IMG/VR virus record: IMGVR_UViG_3300032315_000774
Coordinates: 73,166-137,165 of that record
From: a virus
Reading direction: 5' to 3' (one strand)
DNA length: 64,000 nucleotides
Positions within the stretch are counted from its first letter, which is position 1; every line of letters begins with the position of its first letter. The position numbers and the translations under genes are program-made. Of the stretch, positions 10,802-19,803 are shown one piece after another. The notes beneath the pieces are model-generated. The model searched no databases and was not told where the DNA came from. It worked only from the letters and a program-made list of their open reading frames with translations.

Positions 10802-11202
10802 CACACGCTCCCACTTCGCGTGACGGTCGCACGCGGGTCTTCACTGTTGATGGCGACCGAGAATGCGTAGTTCACCTTCTCGACCGGAGGTTGCACACGC
10901 AGCGTAGCGATGCCTGCGACACGTTCTCGAAGAGACCGCACTGCACGTTGACGTTGCTGCAGAACTTGCCACCGTTGGATCGCAGAACGAATGCGGCTGT
11001 CGAGTGCTGCAGCGATCGTGGTCGGTACACCAACCGTTCCGATGACGCTCTCCAGCCCTGCTCCGAATCCGTTCGGCATCGGATTGATCGTCAGAAGTTC
11101 ACTGAAGTCTTGACCGAGCTTCGGCAAGTCAGACACCAGCTCGGTCGTGCCTGCCGGAGAGATGACCCAGTCACCGTTCACGATACGGAACGTCTGGCTC
11201 AT
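10801..11202 (-). CDS. Baseplate wedge / sheath initiator (gp25/W-like)
   Basis: ~133 aa with 'NGDWVI...KLGQD...FGAGLESVIG'. GGAG RBS precedes the ATG at 11202. Directly upstream of J. Confidence 0.65.
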   Translation of the reverse strand: MSQTFRIVNGDWVISPAGTTELVSDLPKLGQDFSELLTINPMPNGFGAGLESVIGTVGVPTTIAAALDSRIRSAIQRWQVLQQRQRAVRSLRERVAGIATLRVQPPVEKVNYAFSVAINSEDPRATVTRSGSV

Positions 11203-11645
11203 GTTCGACACTCCTGGAGAACGGTCTTCGCTCGTCGGATGCCAGATAGGCCGAGATCGAGTTCGAGGATGTCAGCTTGGAGCTTGTCTCGCCACGCGAG
11301 CTGTCGACGCAGACGTGTCTGCAGAGCTTGTAGAGCTTGCAGTGGTTCTGAGAACGACAGCGCCGTCTGTACGGCTTTCGAGAAGTCGCCCAGCTCTACG
11401 CAGCTGCGCGCGACGGACGAGTCGAACGGGACGAGGTTGCTGAACTGCGCGAGGCCGCCTGCGACTGCCGCCAAGGCAGACTCGGACACCTGAAGCGGGA
11501 TCAACACGACATCCACGACCGCGAGCTGTGCCGCGACCTGTGCGCGTGCGACTTCGATCGCACCTTCGAGTGTTGTCAGCACGCCGACGATCGCCGCCCG
11601 AACAGGGGCTGACAGCGCACAGAGTACGATCTGCGAACAATCCAT
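11199..11645 (-). CDS. Hypothetical helical protein
   Basis: C-terminal part of track ORF 11199..12140. Plausible start MDCSQIVLC at 11645, just after the stop at 11648. Confidence 0.55.
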   Translation of the reverse strand: MDCSQIVLCALSAPVRAAIVGVLTTLEGAIEVARAQVAAQLAVVDVVLIPLQVSESALAAVAGGLAQFSNLVPFDSSVARSCVELGDFSKAVQTALSFSEPLQALQALQTRLRRQLAWRDKLQADILELDLGLSGIRRAKTVLQECRT

Positions 11646-11647
11646 GC

Positions 11648-12100
11648 TCAGCTCCAGGGAAGTTGGATTGGCGCACCGAACAACCCGGTGCGCATCCAGG
11701 GATCGACAACAGCTGCTATCGTCTGAGCGACGACTCGCGGATCGACCTGCGGTACGACTAGACCTAGCACGAGCGGACCCGCTGGCGGAAGCGCTGTCGG
11801 TGTCGCAGCCGCGAACGCCGCGACACCTGCCACGATCGCAGGTTCCAGCGATGGGACAACCCCTGTTCCTACGAAGGCCCCTCGAAACGCGCTCAGAGCC
11901 GCTGGCGTCGCAGGGGGTAGGGCCGCCTGGCCCAAGTAGCGTTCGAAGGCTGTGGCCCAGTTCTGCGCTGCCAGGATGCGTGAGCTGATCGGGTCCACGA
12001 CCCCATTGATCGACAAGATCGGCCACCCCACGAAGTCTGGCCGCGAGCTGTCGATGACCGCGAGCACCGCCTCGAACAAGGTCGCAGGGGTCAGCGGCAT
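11648..12100 (-). CDS. Hypothetical baseplate-cluster protein
   Basis: ~150 aa A/P-rich ORF coupled to the spike gene. Confidence 0.55.
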   Translation of the reverse strand: MPLTPATLFEAVLAVIDSSRPDFVGWPILSINGVVDPISSRILAAQNWATAFERYLGQAALPPATPAALSAFRGAFVGTGVVPSLEPAIVAGVAAFAAATPTALPPAGPLVLGLVVPQVDPRVVAQTIAAVVDPWMRTGLFGAPIQLPWS

Positions 12101-13113
12101 CACCGGATCTCCAACGTCGCGGACAGCTCGACACCTTCACGCAGCGGCATCAGCGCAGGCCCACTCGGACCGAACGCCGTCGCGACGGACAACTGCGTGG
12201 TCAGCCACAAGCTCAGCGCGCGCCCTCGCACCGCCACGTCGTCGGCAGGCCCACCGGCGTTGAGGATGATCCTCGGCGCGGTGTAGCTCTGTGACAAGAT
12301 CGCGCTCTGCTCGAACGCGCCCGTGGTGTCGACCTGACGCGTGAAGACCTCGGCTCCAGCTGCGTTCCACGCTTGTTCACGCATGCGCGTGAAGCCTGCA
12401 CCAGGACCTACGAGAGATGAGCCAAGCGCATCACGCAAGTCGCCTGCTTCGATCTTGTAAGCATCCTGTACGACGCCGGTCGGGAGCTGAGCACCAACAC
12501 GCACGACCACGCGCTCAGGTGTGGACATCGACCCCACGTTCGGGACGACGCCGCTTCGGTCGACACCGATCGCGCTCCCGTAGGTCTCGATCCGCACGAC
12601 TTCAGCGCTCTCGACGACCACGCTCTGCGTGTTCGCGTCAAGCGTCACGGAGAGGTTCTGAGCTTCGATGATGCCTCGACCGTCGCGTGTGAAGTAGTAG
12701 CCTGCGCCGCCACTGCTTCGGAGGTCATGCTCTCCAAGCTGAAGCGGACGGAACGCGCGCAGCTTGCCTTCTGCCGCAAGCTGGTTCTTGAGCTGGTAGC
12801 CTCCGTCGAACACAGAGCGGTCGCTCGAACCTGGCAGCTCAAAGCCTACGACTTTGGGTCGGTTGTTCGGGTCGAACGCGACCTTCACGTACGTGAACGC
12901 TTCTGGCATGTACCGCGCCCACGACGACCGAACACCGTTCGCCGAAAACTTGATCGGTACAGTGACCTCTACAGCCAGCGGGATGTCGTTCAACTGAACA
13001 TTGAGCAGACCTGTGTTCGGGTCGACGTTCAGAACCTGGCCGACCATGACGCGCGAGAACGCGTCGTAGCGGTCGACGTTGTTGCTGTGCTCGTTCGGGC
13101 TACGCCTTCTCAT
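12100..13113 (-). CDS. Baseplate central spike (gpV/gp5-like OB fold plus beta strands)
   Basis: N-terminal 'GQVLNVDPNTGLLNVQL...MPE...VKVAF' OB-fold pattern. Follows the hub gene. Confidence 0.65.
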   Translation of the reverse strand: MRRRSPNEHSNNVDRYDAFSRVMVGQVLNVDPNTGLLNVQLNDIPLAVEVTVPIKFSANGVRSSWARYMPEAFTYVKVAFDPNNRPKVVGFELPGSSDRSVFDGGYQLKNQLAAEGKLRAFRPLQLGEHDLRSSGGAGYYFTRDGRGIIEAQNLSVTLDANTQSVVVESAEVVRIETYGSAIGVDRSGVVPNVGSMSTPERVVVRVGAQLPTGVVQDAYKIEAGDLRDALGSSLVGPGAGFTRMREQAWNAAGAEVFTRQVDTTGAFEQSAILSQSYTAPRIILNAGGPADDVAVRGRALSLWLTTQLSVATAFGPSGPALMPLREGVELSATLEIR

Positions 13114-15191
13114 CGCGGTCTCCAGATGCCTTCGGCCAGCAGACCAATGCTTCCGTACACGGCTGACGTTCGACCTGGAACTTCTGCCTGCTCCAAGCGG
13201 CGAACGTAGTTCACGCCAACGGACATGCTCATCGCCTTGGCGTTCCAGTCGACCCGAAGTGTCGAGCTGCGAACCGTCGCCATGAAGTCTTCATCTTGAA
13301 CGTGAATCGGACGGTTTGGCCCGATCGACAGCTCCGGCAGATACGTCACCTGCACGCTATCTGCGTCGGCGTTCGCTTGGTTCAAGCGTACGTTCAGGAA
13401 CAGTTCTGCGGTCTCCGGAGAAGAGATCCATCCGAAAGGCTCAACAGCTTGATAGCGAACACCGTACATCAGAAACGACGAAGGTCGCGACAAGCTGATC
13501 GTGTTGACTTCATGCTTTCCGCTCTCTGCTAGACCGTCGATCCAGTAGAACTGAGTGGCGACTTGATTGACTACTTTGGAGTCGTCGATCGACGACTCGG
13601 TCGTGATCAATGCGTCTGTCGTAATCTCCCATGGCGCTCCGTAGTCGCCAAAGTCCGAAGGCTTCGTGTCATAGAACGGGAACTCGACACAGATGTCGCC
13701 TCGCCCGGTCGCGAAGATCGTGAAGTCCACGCGCTTCAAGATGTCGAAGAGGTAGTCGAGCCGAGTCGAGTATGCGCCGCCGAGTGCGAACGACTTGATG
13801 AGGTCTTTGAGCAGAATGCCCTGCTCGACTTGCGACTGCGCGAAGAATGGAATCGTCAGGTACACACCACCGAAGTCGACAGGATACTTGTCGGGTCGAG
13901 AACCGATCGCTGTGATGACGTCGTCGATTGACACCAGGTCGAAAGCACCGAATCTTGTCGGATCGTCAGCGAAGTCGGGGTCCGTGTCCGGCAAGCGCAT
14001 GTTCACGAGGTCACTGGTTTTGACCGCTGTGTCGACGGTGCGCTGGTACGAGACCAAGTCTGTGTTCACGCGTGCAGGCACACCTTGCGCGCGACTAGGG
14101 ATGTCGTTGAACGACGTCGGACCGAAGAAGAACTGCTCGGACTTCTTCGGGTCGAAGCTCCCGAGCACTGCTCCTACGTCCGCACGTTGCGTCGTGTCGC
14201 CGTTCACCGAGAATCGGCGGTATGCAGACGAGGTGCCCGTGATCGTCGAGATCGGCAAGATGGCTTGGTCTTGACTCCGAATCTGTACACCTGCTTGTGC
14301 TTGCCCGAAGAAGACGGTGTAGACGAGCTGCTCCAACGACAAGTCGCTGAGCCCATCTTGCATCGCGCTCAGAACGGCCGCGTCGATCTGTGTCTGGAGC
14401 TGCACCTGGTTGAAGATACCAGGCGCGAAGCTCATACGTGCGCGTGCAGGAATGCGAAGCACGTCCTCGCAGAGGATCGTGACCGTCTGTTGATTGTTCT
14501 CGTCCGTTCGCTGCGTCGCACGTGTTACGAACCCTGAGAAGTCCCAGTACCACTCCTGCGTTGCCGGGTCTCGCACCGCTACACGCACGGGATCTTGAGC
14601 TGCCCACGTACACTGCCCGGGCTTCGGCTGATAGATCGTGCTGTCGACGCTGTTCCCACCCGACTGTTGAATGTACGCACGCTGTCGGCGGCGCAGCGCC
14701 AGCACCGCCTCCTTCACAGGATCGCTCGCAGGCTCTGGTACTACTGTCGAGGAGTACAGACCTGTCGACGACTGACTCCACAGTTCTTCTTTCAAAGCAT
14801 CTGTTGCTGCTTGAAGTTGTGCACGCTGCTCCGCAGACAGAGAAGATGGAACTGCTACAAGTTCTCCACGACGCGGAGCTGGACGTGGCTTACCAGCTTT
14901 TGCATCTTGTTGTGTTCGAGCTACTTGCTGAATCTGCTCACGTCGTACAGCAAAGAAGGACTGCGTTTCTGCAAACTCCGTGTTCAGCTCTTGATCAGCG
15001 AGACGAGCTTCGGTGAAGCGACGGAGGTCGTCGACGGTGTAGACGTAGCGGTTGTTCGGGCTGGTGAGCGTCAGCTCGGCTGTCGACGGCGCGCGAGCGT
15101 CGTTACGGTTGCGCGTGTACGTCACGAAGTCGGGCGTCACCTCTTGCCCGAGCCAGAACACACGGATGCCTGGAAAGTAGTGCGTCTTCAT
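13110..15191 (-). CDS. Baseplate hub (gp27/gpD-like) protein
   Basis: 693 aa with 'FSGFVT...VTILCED' and 'YGVR...PELSIGPNRPI' patterns. Lies between the tube initiator and spike genes. Confidence 0.6.
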   Translation of the reverse strand: MKTHYFPGIRVFWLGQEVTPDFVTYTRNRNDARAPSTAELTLTSPNNRYVYTVDDLRRFTEARLADQELNTEFAETQSFFAVRREQIQQVARTQQDAKAGKPRPAPRRGELVAVPSSLSAEQRAQLQAATDALKEELWSQSSTGLYSSTVVPEPASDPVKEAVLALRRRQRAYIQQSGGNSVDSTIYQPKPGQCTWAAQDPVRVAVRDPATQEWYWDFSGFVTRATQRTDENNQQTVTILCEDVLRIPARARMSFAPGIFNQVQLQTQIDAAVLSAMQDGLSDLSLEQLVYTVFFGQAQAGVQIRSQDQAILPISTITGTSSAYRRFSVNGDTTQRADVGAVLGSFDPKKSEQFFFGPTSFNDIPSRAQGVPARVNTDLVSYQRTVDTAVKTSDLVNMRLPDTDPDFADDPTRFGAFDLVSIDDVITAIGSRPDKYPVDFGGVYLTIPFFAQSQVEQGILLKDLIKSFALGGAYSTRLDYLFDILKRVDFTIFATGRGDICVEFPFYDTKPSDFGDYGAPWEITTDALITTESSIDDSKVVNQVATQFYWIDGLAESGKHEVNTISLSRPSSFLMYGVRYQAVEPFGWISSPETAELFLNVRLNQANADADSVQVTYLPELSIGPNRPIHVQDEDFMATVRSSTLRVDWNAKAMSMSVGVNYVRRLEQAEVPGRTSAVYGSIGLLAEGIWRPR

Positions 15192-15817
15192 CAGCGCGCC
15201 TGTTGAAGAAGTGTGAGCAGCTGGTCGACTTGGCTCGCTTCAGTTTCAGGTGCCACGACGAACGAGAAGGAGTACCGAGCCCGACTCGCGTCCTGTGCGT
15301 CTTCTGAGAACTCCATGACTGCTTCGTAGTGTCCTTGTACGCGGATCATAGAAGGGACTGTCAGTGACGTGAACTGGATGTACTGCCAGTTGAACGTGCC
15401 GTCAGGCAAACGCACAGGTTCACGCGTGAGCTGATACAAGTTCGTCCACAGCAACAGGCGCGCGTAGTTGTCGGGCGGCATCAACGGCTCGCTGGCCTGT
15501 ACAGCAGGCGGACGGTCGAAGCCCAGGATCATCTCGCTGATCTTGCGCGAGATGTTGCCGGTCGACCCTTCGAAGCGCAGCGTGAGGATGTCTTGGTTGC
15601 GTCCTGCGCTGTCGGTCCAGTGAAAGAACTTCGCGCCTCCGCGTGTGTATACGGTCGTGATACGCTTCGGCTGTTGCCAGCTTACAGACCTCGGGTTCAA
15701 CGACATCGAGACGACGGGCAGCAACGTCACGCCAGGCGTAGCGCCTGGATAGACGACAGGCAGAAGACTTGGCGTCTCGCGCAGCGTCGACGAGAACATG
15801 CACGGGATGCGGTCCAT
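15191..15817 (-). CDS. Tail tube initiator / distal tail protein
   Basis: 'LNPRSVSWQQPKRITTVYTRGG...HW...LRFEGSTG...YSFSFVV' is a tube-fold pattern. Directly after the tape measure gene. Confidence 0.6.
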   Translation of the reverse strand: MDRIPCMFSSTLRETPSLLPVVYPGATPGVTLLPVVSMSLNPRSVSWQQPKRITTVYTRGGAKFFHWTDSAGRNQDILTLRFEGSTGNISRKISEMILGFDRPPAVQASEPLMPPDNYARLLLWTNLYQLTREPVRLPDGTFNWQYIQFTSLTVPSMIRVQGHYEAVMEFSEDAQDASRARYSFSFVVAPETEASQVDQLLTLLQQAR

Positions 15818-17832
15818 CAGTTACCTCGCGTAGCAGGCGCCTTCGAGCCACTCGGAGACTTCGACACAGGCACAATCTCCACCTTGATGCCGAAAGCTGT
15901 ACCTTCGTCGTCGACCACTTCGTACATCTGGCCCCACGGTCCGGAGACCTGCTGACCGCGAAGTGCTTGTTTGATCTTACCTGTGTCGGTCACACCTTGC
16001 GAAAGTTGCCGCTCAATGAGCTGCTTGATCGAATCTTCTACTCCTCTTTGGTTGAACTCGCGCGAGCGCTGCGCGACCAGCGCTCGGTACACTTCGTCCG
16101 TGTGAGGTGTGCTGCTAGGATCTGCGACGTCATCCATGAGCCCAGAGAACGGTTTGAGCGTGTCGCTTCCAAAGTTCGCAAGGCTCCTGCCAAGTTCGTC
16201 AACGCTTTTGATCCTCTTCATCGCGCGTTGTCCCGCGCGTTCTCGTGTCGCAGCGTTGGTCGAGAAAAGATCAGGAAGATCGACGAGAGTTCGGAAGCCG
16301 TCGACCATGACCTTGAGCGTCAGCGCGCCGATCTTCACGATGTCCTGTTGCAGGTTTAGCATCGCGCGCTCGTACTTGCCCGTCTCGTCTGCGCGACGCT
16401 CGGATGCAGTCTGGAAGTCGAGCAGCGCCTTGCCTGAGACGTCCGTGCGCCCAGACATGAAGTCCCGATCGCGCATCAGCTTGACCGCTTGCCCTGATCC
16501 TTCGAGACCGAAACCAAGCGTTGACTCCAAGAACTTGCGAATGCGGCTCTCGTCTCCGCCGATGCGTGTCTGTGCGTCGTTCAAGATCTGGCGGAGGTTG
16601 GTGCTGAAGTTCTTGCCGTCGCGTGTGTTGAGACCGTCGCGCATCATGTATGCAGCGGCCAGCGGGTCCATGTTCGGATTCAGCTGACGCCCCAACACGC
16701 TGGCGTAGCCTTCGGGGAGGTTCGCGAGGCCACCTGCGATGCCTGCCATACCACGCAGCGCGAGCTGCGAGTTGGCTTCCGTCGAACCGCCACGTTCGCG
16801 CTGGTTGACGTCACGAAGACGCTCGTACACAGCGGTCAAGTCTTCGACGCTCTGACGCTGGATCTTCATCGTTGACGTCATCGACATCAGCGACCCCATC
16901 GTCGCGACTGTGTTGACGCCTGTGCCTTCGAGTGCACGTGCGACTTTGTAGACACTGTTCGCTGCAGAGTCTGCAGCACGACCTGTTGTCGCGAACTCCT
17001 GTGCGATGAGGTCGCCGAACTGACCGGAACCCGCCTTGAAGTACGTGTCGAGCGCGACGCCCATGTCGGCGACGTTGGCGCCAGGCATCATCGTTGCGAG
17101 ACCTGCACCTTCACCACTGATGCCGACCTTGGCCAACGCAGAAAACGTCGGCACCAGCTCGCGAATCGCTGTAGGCACATCGACGCCCCATGTTCGCGCG
17201 AGGTTCTGCCCGCGCGCGTTCACGCGGTCGATGGTGGCTTGGCTCGTCTGCGCGACAGCATCGAACGTACGTGCAGCTTCGAACGCACGCGCGCGCCATG
17301 TCTCTTCGCCGCCCACGCCGTGCAGGAACAAGCCCAGCAACCCGCCTGCAGGAAGCACGCTGGTCAGCGAAGACGCTTGGCGTGCGAGGAACGCGCCCAC
17401 GCCTTGATTGCCTGTAAGGCCAAGGACGTCGTTGCCGAGGAAGCGCTGCTTGGTGGTGTCGGTCAGGACACCGCCTTCGACATACGCGTCTCGGATGCCG
17501 CGCTTGATCGACGCGATACGCGCATCGAGCTTGGTGAAGTGAAGACCCATCGTGTCGAAGGTCTTCGAGACTTGACTGAGGTAGCGGTCGAGGTCCGTCA
17601 GAATCGGACCTGATGAGCGAAGCTCTCGGTTCAGGTCGACGGCTGTCTTGACGATAGCTCGTCCTTTGCTCGCCGCACGATCGAACTTCTGATCCATGTC
17701 CGTCACGCGGCGCGCGACGTCTGTCGCTCCCGCCACGAACTTCGCACGCAACGCGTCGACGTTCTCAGCCATCATCTTGACGGCTTCGACCGCTTCCCGG
17801 ATCTCGTCCGGTCGGATCATCTCATTCGCCAT
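15817..17832 (-). CDS. Tail tape measure protein (~671 aa)
   Basis: Helical A/G/M-rich ORF immediately after the chaperone pair. Likely start MANEMIR at 17832. Confidence 0.75.
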   Translation of the reverse strand: MANEMIRPDEIREAVEAVKMMAENVDALRAKFVAGATDVARRVTDMDQKFDRAASKGRAIVKTAVDLNRELRSSGPILTDLDRYLSQVSKTFDTMGLHFTKLDARIASIKRGIRDAYVEGGVLTDTTKQRFLGNDVLGLTGNQGVGAFLARQASSLTSVLPAGGLLGLFLHGVGGEETWRARAFEAARTFDAVAQTSQATIDRVNARGQNLARTWGVDVPTAIRELVPTFSALAKVGISGEGAGLATMMPGANVADMGVALDTYFKAGSGQFGDLIAQEFATTGRAADSAANSVYKVARALEGTGVNTVATMGSLMSMTSTMKIQRQSVEDLTAVYERLRDVNQRERGGSTEANSQLALRGMAGIAGGLANLPEGYASVLGRQLNPNMDPLAAAYMMRDGLNTRDGKNFSTNLRQILNDAQTRIGGDESRIRKFLESTLGFGLEGSGQAVKLMRDRDFMSGRTDVSGKALLDFQTASERRADETGKYERAMLNLQQDIVKIGALTLKVMVDGFRTLVDLPDLFSTNAATRERAGQRAMKRIKSVDELGRSLANFGSDTLKPFSGLMDDVADPSSTPHTDEVYRALVAQRSREFNQRGVEDSIKQLIERQLSQGVTDTGKIKQALRGQQVSGPWGQMYEVVDDEGTAFGIKVEIVPVSKSPSGSKAPATRGN

Positions 17833-18295
17833 CGAGCTTGACCTCTCGGACCGGGAAAAGCGCAAGCGCCTCTTCGTGCTTGCGCTGAGCTTCGGTGATC
17901 AAGGGCTGCATGTCGTCGCGATCGTCGTCGCTCGCGAGTTCTGCGCCTTCCGCCAACATCTTCGACATCTTCTCGAAGCTGTCTTCCTCTTCGATCGACC
18001 TCGCGACGACTGCCGTGTCGTTCCAGCGCTGCATGAGCTTCAACGTCTCGGGTTGCGCGAGCAAGATGCTCAGCGGAACGAACGGCACGTTGTCATCCGG
18101 ACGGATGTTGAGCCCAAGGACTTTGATCAGCGTCTGCTCTAGCGTCTTCTGATCTTGTTCTTCGCGCATGCGCAGCGCGTGGTACTCGACATGCCACTGC
18201 TCTTCGGTCATGCGCCGAGCACTGGGGTCTGACATGAGCACGCCCTTTCGAGCGAGGACATACGCGACGACGCCCCAGTGATCGTCGCTCGTCAA
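17822..18295 (-). CDS. Tail assembly chaperone, frameshift extension (gpT-like)
   Basis: Lies in the -1 frame relative to the upstream ORF, opening at TCT TTT TGA. Only a weak TTG start. Precedes the tape measure gene. Confidence 0.7.
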   Translation of the reverse strand: MTSDDHWGVVAYVLARKGVLMSDPSARRMTEEQWHVEYHALRMREEQDQKTLEQTLIKVLGLNIRPDDNVPFVPLSILLAQPETLKLMQRWNDTAVVARSIEEEDSFEKMSKMLAEGAELASDDDRDDMQPLITEAQRKHEEALALFPVREVKLDGE

Positions 18296-18732
18296 AAAGA
18301 CTTGATGTCTCTGAGCGCGACCTTCTTCTCGTTCACGAGCGCCTTGTAGCTCTCGTACATCGCCGTCACGACTTCCGTGTCCTGTTCACCGAGCCACACG
18401 AACAGCTCGCGACGCGCCCAGCGCTCACGCGTCTTCGAGTCCGAGAGTGCGGTCGCCTCCATCGAGTTGGTGTCCGACGGCTCGAACAGCTCTGTCACCT
18501 TCTTCTCGTCCATCTCGACGATCGACATCGCCAAGCGCCCGCGCACCAGACGCTCGCTTGACTCCATCATCGACTCGGCGACGCCGACCATCGCGTTCGC
18601 TTCGTCTTCGTCAGCTTGGCTTAGCGTACGAAGAAGGATCTTCATCCCGAAGATCGTGCTCTCTCGCGTGAGAGCACCTGCGCTCATGACCTTCGAAAAC
18701 TGCTTCAGTCTGTCGTGGACGATCGTCTTCAT
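18292..18732 (-). CDS. Tail assembly chaperone (gpG-like)
   Basis: 146 aa with 'KILLRTLSQADE' and a C-terminal 'VVTAMYESY'. Canonical position between tube and tape measure genes. Confidence 0.75.
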   Translation of the reverse strand: MKTIVHDRLKQFSKVMSAGALTRESTIFGMKILLRTLSQADEDEANAMVGVAESMMESSERLVRGRLAMSIVEMDEKKVTELFEPSDTNSMEATALSDSKTRERWARRELFVWLGEQDTEVVTAMYESYKALVNEKKVALRDIKSF

Positions 18733-19310
18733 AGTTCGATCCTGTCTGTATACCGAATCGATACCTCTGCGCTAGACACACGGTCGGTCACCGACAACGA
18801 GCGGTTGATGCTCGTGATCCAGCACCCCGTGTACATGTACCGCTTCGGCTGATTTCCTAGCGATTCGAGCGAAGTCAACACGTCCGTTGGCGACGGCAGA
18901 CGAGCAGGCGCGCGACCTGTAACTGTGTCACCCAGCGACACGCCGACGACCGAAGCTCCGAACAGGTTCGCCAGAGCTTGTGGTGGAATCCAGAACTCCT
19001 GAAGGGAGAACGGGATGCGCTGATCGCTGAGCTGCACGATCGAATCGGTGCCGAGAACTTCTTCCGCGATGCTGCGCCACAGGTCGAAGCGTCCGAGACG
19101 AAGCTCTCGGCCTGTCGTGTTGCCTGGGACGATGTGATTCGGCATGCCCTGCGCGCCTGCGAGTTCGAACTCGTCGGAGACGTCCATGCTCTGCGAGGGT
19201 GCGAACGAGAAGGCCGCGCCTACTGTCCGACCGCGCGCTCGGATGCGAAGCCCGAAGGTGGTGCGGACTTTTGTAGCAGGCGGCCCGAAGTTCAGGCCGA
19301 TGCTTGTCAT
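18729..19310 (-). CDS. Tail tube protein paralogue 2
   Basis: Alignable by eye to the adjacent gene (PPxTKV, VPxN, RF/YDL, PFxxxExW, YxGCWxT). Confidence 0.7.
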   Translation of the reverse strand: MTSIGLNFGPPATKVRTTFGLRIRARGRTVGAAFSFAPSQSMDVSDEFELAGAQGMPNHIVPGNTTGRELRLGRFDLWRSIAEEVLGTDSIVQLSDQRIPFSLQEFWIPPQALANLFGASVVGVSLGDTVTGRAPARLPSPTDVLTSLESLGNQPKRYMYTGCWITSINRSLSVTDRVSSAEVSIRYTDRIEL

Positions 19311-19795
19311 CAGCCACTGACCTCTTCGACGTACAGGTACATGAGCGTCGCGCTGGTCATCACTGTGCGGTTCTGATCAGCGGAGAAGGTCTGTCCCATC
19401 TGCGTGAACCAGCATCCCTTGTAGACGCGCCTGTAGTTGTTCTGACCGTCTGGCGACTTCCACACTTCTTCTACGTCGAAGGGCTCGTTCTGGTTGCAGA
19501 GCATGGTGAGGTCTGCTGTCCCGAACGCGGTCTTCATGCGATTGGTGTAGAGATCGTACCGCGTGATCTGAACCTGTTGACCGCTCTGGTTTTGCGGCAC
19601 GAGGTCGAAGGGGGCGCCGTTGCCTCCTTGACCGCCTGTCGACTCGCCAGGACCGCCTTGGAACTCGTACACGAACTGCGCATCGCGGCTCTGTGTCGGG
19701 TTCCAGCCGTTGATCGCACCGATGACCGCTCCGTTGCGACGGATGGTCAGCGCATGCGAGGTTTGGACTTTGGTGACGGGAGGTGTGAGTGCCAT
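19310..19795 (-). CDS. Tail tube protein
   Basis: 161 aa directly after the sheath gene, with 'RVYKGCWFTQMGQTFSAD...SATL'. Confidence 0.8.
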   Translation of the reverse strand: MALTPPVTKVQTSHALTIRRNGAVIGAINGWNPTQSRDAQFVYEFQGGPGESTGGQGGNGAPFDLVPQNQSGQQVQITRYDLYTNRMKTAFGTADLTMLCNQNEPFDVEEVWKSPDGQNNYRRVYKGCWFTQMGQTFSADQNRTVMTSATLMYLYVEEVSG

Positions 19796-19803
19796 GTGTC
19801 AGA

